This document shows, one piece after another, positions 53,621-64,000 of a DNA stretch of 64,000 bases (the first letter of the stretch is position 1; the number at the start of each line of letters is the position of its first letter). Under the pieces are notes generated by a model that saw only the letters and a program-made list of their open reading frames with translations, made no database searches and was not told where the DNA came from. The translations under genes and the position numbers were made by a program. This stretch comes from the human T2T-CHM13v2.0 reference genome, Homo sapiens, in the NCBI RefSeq assembly GCF_009914755.1, contig NC_060938.1; one strand, 5' to 3'.

Positions 53621-54748
53621 TGCAAGCAAAGCTTAGCAAAAAAAAAATCAGAAAGCCACCAAAAAGACCTTTCTTGTTTGTTAAAGCTAAGCTTAGAGCA
53701 AAGAGAAAAAAATAAGTAGAGCTTGGCCTAAATCTTAAAAAGATGTAAAACTTAACTGATGACAGAAATGAAATAGAGATATTAAACTATTTTGCTTCCC
53801 TTTACAGCATCACAAAGAATAATTGTCAAACTGGAAAGAATAAATACAGTTAAAGGAAAACCAAAAACTGAGGTAGAATTTTGATATTAGAAGGAGCCTC
53901 AAAAAATCATACAGTTTTATGTTTTTCATAACAGATAAGGAACCAATATTTTAGGTGCCTTGCTCAAAGTCATAAGTAAGTCCTTGACAATATTTGGACA
54001 GAACTCTGGCATCCTGACTCCTGGCTTAATGCTCTTTCCACCTATTATGTTTGAGAGATAATAATGAAGCTCAAGTCCCTGGGTTCCAATGAGTCAAATT
54101 ACACAGGATATGGAATATCTGATGGTAATTTCTCAAATCACAGAAAATGAGAAATAAAGTGGAAGATAAGAGTTATCCTTACACTGCACAGCAAATAGAA
54201 TAAGTATTATTAATTTGATTAGAGGTACTGCTTACCTTGTTTGCTCACTCTGCACCAGAATTTATCTTATGCATCAAGGAAAGTTCACAATTTATTTAGC
54301 TATGTATCAATAACTGGAGAGTTCCCTTTAAATTTTAGATGCTATAAAAGTTAATGGAACATAGGTAGACTTTTACTAAAAAATAAGAATTGTATGCATC
54401 TCATCACATATACGCTAGCTATATTACCTGCCATGATGAAAAGAATCATTAATCACTTTTAAATAAAGTTTAATACAAATAATTAAAAAATAATGTTGGC
54501 ATTTCAGTAATTTCCTGTAATTGTAATAATTAATGTAGGGTTGAAATATTTCTCAATTTAGTAACAAAGTTTTTTGGTTATTACATTTGTCATTCTATGT
54601 CCAGAGTACAAATGCATGAACCCATGCTACTTTGTCCTGGACCCACTACATAGGGCTGCCCCTGTAAAAGGTCATTCAGTATTACTGTCTGCCTTTTTGA
54701 CTTCTTGATTTTCAGAGTAAAACAAATTTTCTTTAGGACCTGCAAATA

Positions 54749-54823
54749 TTAGGTTGATACAAAAGTAATTGTGGTTTTTCCCATTTCTTTAATGGCAAAG
54801 CAATTACATTTGTACCAACCTAA
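54749..54823. mobile_element. MADE1 with TA target duplication
   Basis: TA|TTAGGTTGATACAAAAGTAATTGTGG...CAATTACATTTGTACCAACCTAA|TA. Confidence 0.92.
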
Positions 54824-55233
54824 TATTTTAAAGAAAAGAGGTTCAGTAAAATTGATATTCTCCAAAGCCAAGCTATCACCAAAACTCATTGAAAGGCAAA
54901 GGGCTATAATGTTGAGTTTTTTTAATTGTCTGGGTTCAAGCTGTTACATCCTTAATAATGATTTATTTGATCTGTTATTGTCTCAATGTGATTTTACCAT
55001 TAGAAAGTATATACATTTAGGTCTAGCTTTACATTTTGAACCTCATGGACAGGGGAAAAAGTCCAGAAACAGAATCGAATAATCAATACAGGGCTCACTG
55101 TTTGTTTTCTTTGTCAATAACTTTTAGTAGATACAGTGTGTCTGTCTCAATTGGCAGCAAAACATCCCCTTAGCTAGACTGTATTATACCTGTCTGTGAA
55201 AAAGAAAATAATAATGTCTCTTCTCCTTGTTAG

Positions 55234-55744
<511 letters not shown>

Positions 55745-56576
55745 TAGTGATAACCTTTAGGAATCTGACTTTGCTGGACTCATCTGGATTCTTTTTAATT
55801 GAACACGTTCTAGAGATTTTCTTCCATGCATTCTATGCTGCTCTTTTTAAAGCCATCTGTCCTGAGATATTACTTTTTTAGTTTAGGGTGACTACTGATT
55901 TTCAGAGTAACTTAGCAATTTCAGTTTATAAACTTGTCTAAGTCACTGTTTTACCAACTAATTTCTATCAACTGACTTCAGAATATTTCTGCAATATAAG
56001 GAAAACCCTTTAATATGAAACATGTTTTGGATGTAGGAAATCTCTGCTCATAGGAGGGAAATAATTGAAAATACCTAAACCATACATACTGCTTGTTTTG
56101 TGTGTTTCTTTTCTGTATTTTAAAAAATTTATAAGGTATATGTGCAATTTTGTTATATGCATATAACAAAACTGTGTAGTGGCCAAGTCAGAGCTTTTAG
56201 GGTATCTGTCACCAAAATAATATATATTACACATGCATTTAGATTCAGCAAAATCAATTCATAGGTATAAAAGGAAGTCCCTTTGTAATAATTTATATTT
56301 AAAAATCAGGCTGTTTTGATTGACTAAAAGCTCAATATCAGTCAATAAGTTATGCTTCCTATTAAAAAATTTACTTTGCATGTGTATCCAGACCAAGGAA
56401 AACAGCACTGCTCTTTTCACAGTGGTCACACCATCTCTAGAGGGTTGAGTTGTATTCTGACACTTCATTTTAGGACAGACCGTGGCCATTTGGAATGTGT
56501 TCAGAGAAGGATGGCTAAGACAATAAAGAAATTTCATTATAGATGTGATGGTTAAATAAAGTATATCATGTGTGGT

Positions 56577-56950
56577 TGTATTAATCTGCTTTCATACTAC
56601 TATAAAGAACTGCCCAAGACTGAGTAATTTATAAAGAAAGGAGTTAATTCGACTCACAGTTCCACATGGCTGAGGAGGCCTCGGGAAACTTACAATCATG
56701 GCCAAGGTGAAGGGGAAGCAAGGCACCTTCTTCACAAGGCGGCAGGAAGCAGAAGGGCCGAGTGAAGGAGGAAGAGCCCTTTATAAAACCACCAGATCTC
56801 ATGGGAACTCACCACTATCACAAGAACAGCATGGGGCAAACGAACCCCAGATTCAATTACCTCCACCTGGTCTCTTCCTTGACACGTGGGGATTCTGGGA
56901 TTACAATTCAAGATGAGATTTGTGTGGGAACACAAAGCCTAACTGTATCA
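56577..56950 (-). mobile_element. THE1D solo LTR
   Basis: TGTATTAATC...CAAAGCCTAACTGTATCA with perfect TSD GTGGT. Confidence 0.92.
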
Positions 56951-57278
56951 GTGGTGACAAAGTGTTTTGGGATGGGCAGATAGGAAAGGTAGCTATCATA
57001 AACAGAATTTAAGTATTTGTTGATTGCAAGATAGTCTTATGAAAGAGAGGTTATTATGCATTGTTCCAAAGACAAACAAGGATCAATGAGCCAAATTTAC
57101 AGAAAGCAAATTTTCAGCATAATATTCAAAGAAAGAAATTTCTCATCAGTACACTTATCTAAAAATTAAATGGATAATAAAGGGTAAAAGAAATCTTTAT
57201 ACATTAGATACACACACACTGGAGTATATATGAGTTAAATGAGCTGATGTGTAGGATTTGCTTTAAAATAATACAGCA

Positions 57279-57580
57279 GGCCGGGCGCAGTGGCTCACGC
57301 CTGTAATCCCAGCACTTTGGGAGGCCGAGGCGGGCAGATCACGAGGTCAGGAAATCCAGACCGTCCTGGCTAAAACGGTGAAACCCCGTCTCTACTAAAA
57401 ATACAAAAAAATTAGCAGGGCGTGGGGGCGGGCACCTGTTGTCCCAGCCACTCGGGAGGCTGAGGCAGGAGAATGGCGTGAACCCAGGAGGCGGAGCTTT
57501 CAATGAGCCGAGATCGCGCCACTGCACTCCAGCCTGGGGGACAGAGCGAGACTCAGTCTCAAGATAAAATAAAATAAAAT
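57279..57580 (+). mobile_element. AluY inserted in an L1ME 3' fragment
   Basis: Y diagnostics GAGAATGGCGTGAACC and GCGGAGCTT; many CpGs retained. Confidence 0.94.
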
Positions 57581-57800
57581 AGCAAAGAAAATTTGCATGG
57601 GAGATCACAAATACAAGAATAGCAAAACATTGATACTTGCTTAAATTAGATGGTGAGTACTCAAGATTCCATATATAATACTTTCTATGTTTGTATGCAA
57701 CTGAAAGTTTTACTTTTTAAACAAAAAGAATACATTGCTTCTGGGGGTAGTGAGGTCCCTGCTTTAGATATGTTCACACAAAGACTGGATCTCCACCTGA

Positions 57801-58140
<340 letters not shown>

Positions 58141-58683
58141 AGTGTTGTATCTTTCTAAGATTCTGACTCTGGAAAGGAAGTTAGAAAAACAATGTAAAGT
58201 AATTCAGAGGAGATGACCTTTACCCAGCCTTTCATTCCTGACAGCTTTTTGCTGCCTGCTCCTCATGTCTCCTGCTTGCTACCCTCTTTTGCTCTCCGGA
58301 TCACCTGTCACTTCCCTGGGGATTTGGCTGCTTTCAAGGTCAACTATTGCACAACAGAAACTTACATAGTAAGCCCTGTAGCTAAGAAACCAAAGCTGTC
58401 AAATAGCCTTCAACTGATGACTCTCTCAAACTTGAAACATTCACTTCACACATAAAAAATAGATCATTCTTTGAACACAGAATCAAAATATTTCACTTTC
58501 CTTAAAGATACTTTATGAAATCTACCACCAGTTAATCATGAGACGTCTCAAATGGAGTGCAAGTACTATCAAATGTGAATACTTGAGAGAATTTTCCTGA
58601 GGAAGCTGGTTGAGTACCATGTTAGCCCATCTGTAAGTGACAACCTGAATGTATAAATAGATGAAAGTGATGGTGATTCACCA

Positions 58684-59966
<1,283 letters not shown>

Positions 59967-60094
59967 AAATGGGCAAATTAATTATGATGTTATGATTATT
60001 ACAATTCTAGAAATTCTCTGGGAGGCAGAAAACTCAGATTAATGAATAACACATCTGTACACTGAAATACCAGATAGCTATTAAAATAAATGAG

Positions 60095-60297
60095 GCATTC
60101 ACAAAACTAAAAATAGAATTCCCATATGATCCAGCAATCTCACCTGAGTATGTATCCAAAGAAATTGAAATCTGTGTCTCAAAGAAATATCTGCACTCTC
60201 GTGTTTACTGCAGCACTATTCCCAATAACCAAATATAGAATCAACCTATGTGTCTGTCAACAGAAGAAGGAATAAAGAAAATGTGGTTTAATACTGG

Positions 60298-60346
<49 letters not shown>

Positions 60347-60870
60347 GAATATTATTCATCCTTAAAAAAAGAAAATCCTGCCATTTGCAACAATATGGAT
60401 GATCCAGAGGACATTATGTTGTGCTGAGTGAAATAAGCCAGACACAGAAAGACAACTACTTAGATATTTCCACTTATATATGGAATCTAAAGAAGTTGAA
60501 CTCTTTAGAATCAACTAAATCTGGGCTGGTGGCTGGGCTGGAAATGGGGGGATTTTGGTCTGAGGACATAAAATTTCTTAAGTTTCATACTTTATAAGAT
60601 AAATAAGTTCTGGAGATCTAATGTACAGCATGGTAACTATAGGTAATAATAACGTATTGTATACTTGAAATTTGCTAAAAAAGTAGATCTTAAGTGTTTT
60701 CACCAAACATACAAAACATGTTAACTATATGACATGATAGACATGTTAATTAGCTTAATTGTCGTAATTACTTCACAAGGTATACATATATCAAAACATC
60801 AACTGTACACCTTAAATATATATAATTTTTATTTATCAAGTATACCTCAATAAAATTGGAGGAAAATAAA
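60095..60870 (+). mobile_element. L1MA 3' end within L1ME remnants
   Basis: CCATATGATCCAGCAATC, GAAATAAGCCAGACACAGAAAGAC, GGAGATCTAATGTACAGCATGG, CCTCAATAAA. Confidence 0.88.
60301..60345 (+). repeat. (AC)22 perfect microsatellite
   Basis: Counted directly. Confidence 0.95.
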
Positions 60871-61044
60871 GTAAAATGAATAAGGTAGATATGTATATGC
60901 TATTATTAAACAATCTTCAATATATTTGTTCAGTGAAAAAGCACAGATCATGTATACATAATCCAATTTACATTTTAATGGACATATAAATATGCTTACA
61001 TATCCACAGACAACTTCTGGAACAATAAATAACTATTAACAATA

Positions 61045-61217
61045 AGCCAGGCACAGTGGCTCACACCTGTGGTGCCAGCTACTCAGGAGGCTGAGGTGGG
61101 AGGATTGCTTGAGACCAGGAGTTAGTTCAAGACTGCAGTGAGCTATGGATCAGGCCACTGCACTCCAGCCTGAGTGACAGAGTGAGATTTTTGTCTTTAA
61201 AAAAAAAAAAAAAAAAA
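61045..61217 (+). mobile_element. FRAM or AluJ right monomer
   Basis: Single monomer with GTGGGAGGATTGCTTGAG and an A-tail. Confidence 0.85.
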
Positions 61218-61222
61218 GGCTA

Positions 61223-61608
<386 letters not shown>

Positions 61609-62041
61609 TTATCATGTGCACATATTGCTTTTTTAATTAAAAATGGATAGAAATGAAAAACAAAATAATTAACCTACATTTATTGAATATACACCAAATG
61701 CAAATCACTGTACTAGGTAGACATTTGCACAGAAAATCATGGAATAGCTGCTTGTTTGGTAATTCATTGGATGAGACAAGTTTGAAAAAATTGATGACAA
61801 AACAAAAAATTATAACTTCTGCATTAAACTGAAAAAAAAAATGGTCTGGAAGTTAATGAAGCCTCAAGAGGGTTTCATAAGAAAGAGTATACAGTTACTG
61901 CAAGTATGGTAAAAGTTAGGCTTTGAAGATGAGCACTGTCTCTGACTTTGTAGAATCAATGTCACCATATAAAGTGCTTTGTCATCCTTCTAGCCAAGCC
62001 TGGAGAGGGTGAGTTAGGCGTTTAGGGAGGCAAACTGGGTT

Positions 62042-62508
62042 TGTAGCAGCTGTTGCCAGTGCCTTGAGCCCCAACTCTTCGGCCCACCTCTGATTCTAAT
62101 GGTCTCTGTGCCAGACATTACCATACACCTTGATATCATCACCCACAAAACCTTTGCTTTTCTGCCTAGGAGTCTGTCAAATCTGTGGGAAATCAGCCCT
62201 TGGAAGTGCTTGAAAGTTAACATCTCTAAGGACAACTCTCAATCAATGGTGATTGGCGCCAGTGGATAAATACTCTAGCCTCTCTCATGCTTAAGACAGA
62301 AAATTCCAGGAGGCATTTGTGAGTTGATCCCACATTGCCTACAGTAGTAGAGAAGTTTCATAATGCAGCCTTTATTAGCCTTTCCTTCTCCCTTACCTCA
62401 CTCTCCTCCTTCCCTTCCTCCTACTTCCTGAGGTCACTTCCCAAATAAATTATATCCACTCAGATCCTTATTTCCAGCTCTGGTTTTGTGGGTACCCAAA
62501 CCAAGACA
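62042..62508 (+). mobile_element. LTR16A-like ERVL solo LTR
   Basis: TGTAGCAGCTG...GGATAAATACTCTAGCC...CCCAAATAAATTA...CCAAACCAAGACA. Confidence 0.75.
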
Positions 62509-63449
62509 GTGTTTGTTAAAGGAAAAAAAAAAAGCATGCAGTTTTATACTGTTGAATATGCAAAACAATAGAAAATTTCTTTTTGCAACATTATTTCTAG
62601 GGGCAGCCTAGATTAATCCTAAATCTCCAATAAAAGTGCTTATGGTGCCTCTCCAGAAGAAAAGATTCTATAGCATAATGGATGGCATTCAATCACAGAG
62701 AAAGCCCACTGTGTTAAATGAGGCCTGTTCTAAGAAGGCTAACCTGGAGTTGCTACTGGCAGGAAACATTTCAAATACTCACTAAATTCTCCTTAGTTTC
62801 ATTTTACCTCGTTATGCTTCATTATGCCCCAAGTAACACAGCAAATAATTCCCTTTGGCCCTTGCTCTTTATTGCCTTCCAAATATGGAACAAAATGCTT
62901 ACCATTTTCTTCCTCACTGTCTAGTCAAACTTACTCATCACTCCTCCTAATCTTATCTCATTCAGCCATTCTAATTACCCTTCTGTGAATTCCTCCTGGC
63001 TGTCTACATGTACCAAGACTTCCGAGCAGAGTCTCATCAGAGAAGTAGGGTATCTAAGACATACTTTATAGAGGCTACAATTTGAATAACAGGAACAAAG
63101 AAGAAATAACTCCTTTGTCCACCTTCAAAACTTTTGATACACTGCAAGAGCCTGTAATTTGTAAACCATTTAATCTCACAGGGGGAACCTAGGATTCTCA
63201 GAGTCCGCTCCATCAGGGCAACTATTTACAGCAGACTTTCCTCAGATATACTTGTTCACTTTGTGCTACTCCCTTTGATGTAGGTATAATTAAGCTGATT
63301 GCAGCCCCAGTTGGCCACTATGTTCAAAGAAAAAACCCAGTAGCAATTCAAAATGATTGCTCTAGCCACGCACTTTTCTCTATTCCTTGCGTACCTTGAG
63401 GATGGTTGTATAGCCCCAAGGCACTTGCTGTTAATATTAGGGAAGGTTT

Positions 63450-63848
<399 letters not shown>

Positions 63849-64000
63849 TCATCAAGTTGCTTAGGATGCAGAAAAGCCTGCCTGCCATCATTCCCCACAT
63901 CTGTTCTTGTAACTACATTCTCTTCCACATGTGTTTCCTCTCTGAGGCAGTCGAGTTGCTGAAGCTCAGTGAGCTGAGGTGGATTCTAAATTACGTCCAG

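Noticed and set aside
58539-58550. 12-bp palindrome TGAGACGTCTCA
   Set aside because: Palindromes of this size are expected by chance in 64 kb

Overview
This is not a prokaryotic window. It is AT-rich primate genomic DNA, almost certainly human, because it carries a near-consensus AluYa5 at 63450-63749. Most of it is decayed interspersed repeats: L1 (L1PA/PB/MA/MC/ME-type), L2, L3/CR1, MIR, about a dozen Alus, MaLR and ERVL LTRs (THE1A/B, a full-length THE1C, THE1D, MLT1, MLT2, LTR16, LTR33), two MER4 LTRs, a large Tigger3 DNA transposon, MER2 and three MADE1 MITEs. I found no supportable protein-coding gene, tRNA, rRNA or CRISPR array; the ORF track is explained by decayed transposon frames, Alu frames, simple repeats or chance. 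LTR and L1 orientations are mixed, which fits intergenic or lncRNA territory. I cannot name the locus and see no convincing new biological system. The best leads are a very young, possibly polymorphic AluYa5, a (GGAA)15 microsatellite fused to a G-quadruplex motif, a close inverted AluY pair, three MADE1 (SETMAR/miR-548-type) hairpins, intact DUX4 motifs in THE1 LTRs, motif-dense repeat-free islands (about 11.5-12.0, 50.1-52.4 and 58.2-58.4 kb) and possible lncRNA exons at 48.3-50.4 kb. Subfamily calls come from remembered consensus sequences. Boundaries are approximate unless a target-site duplication (TSD) is quoted.
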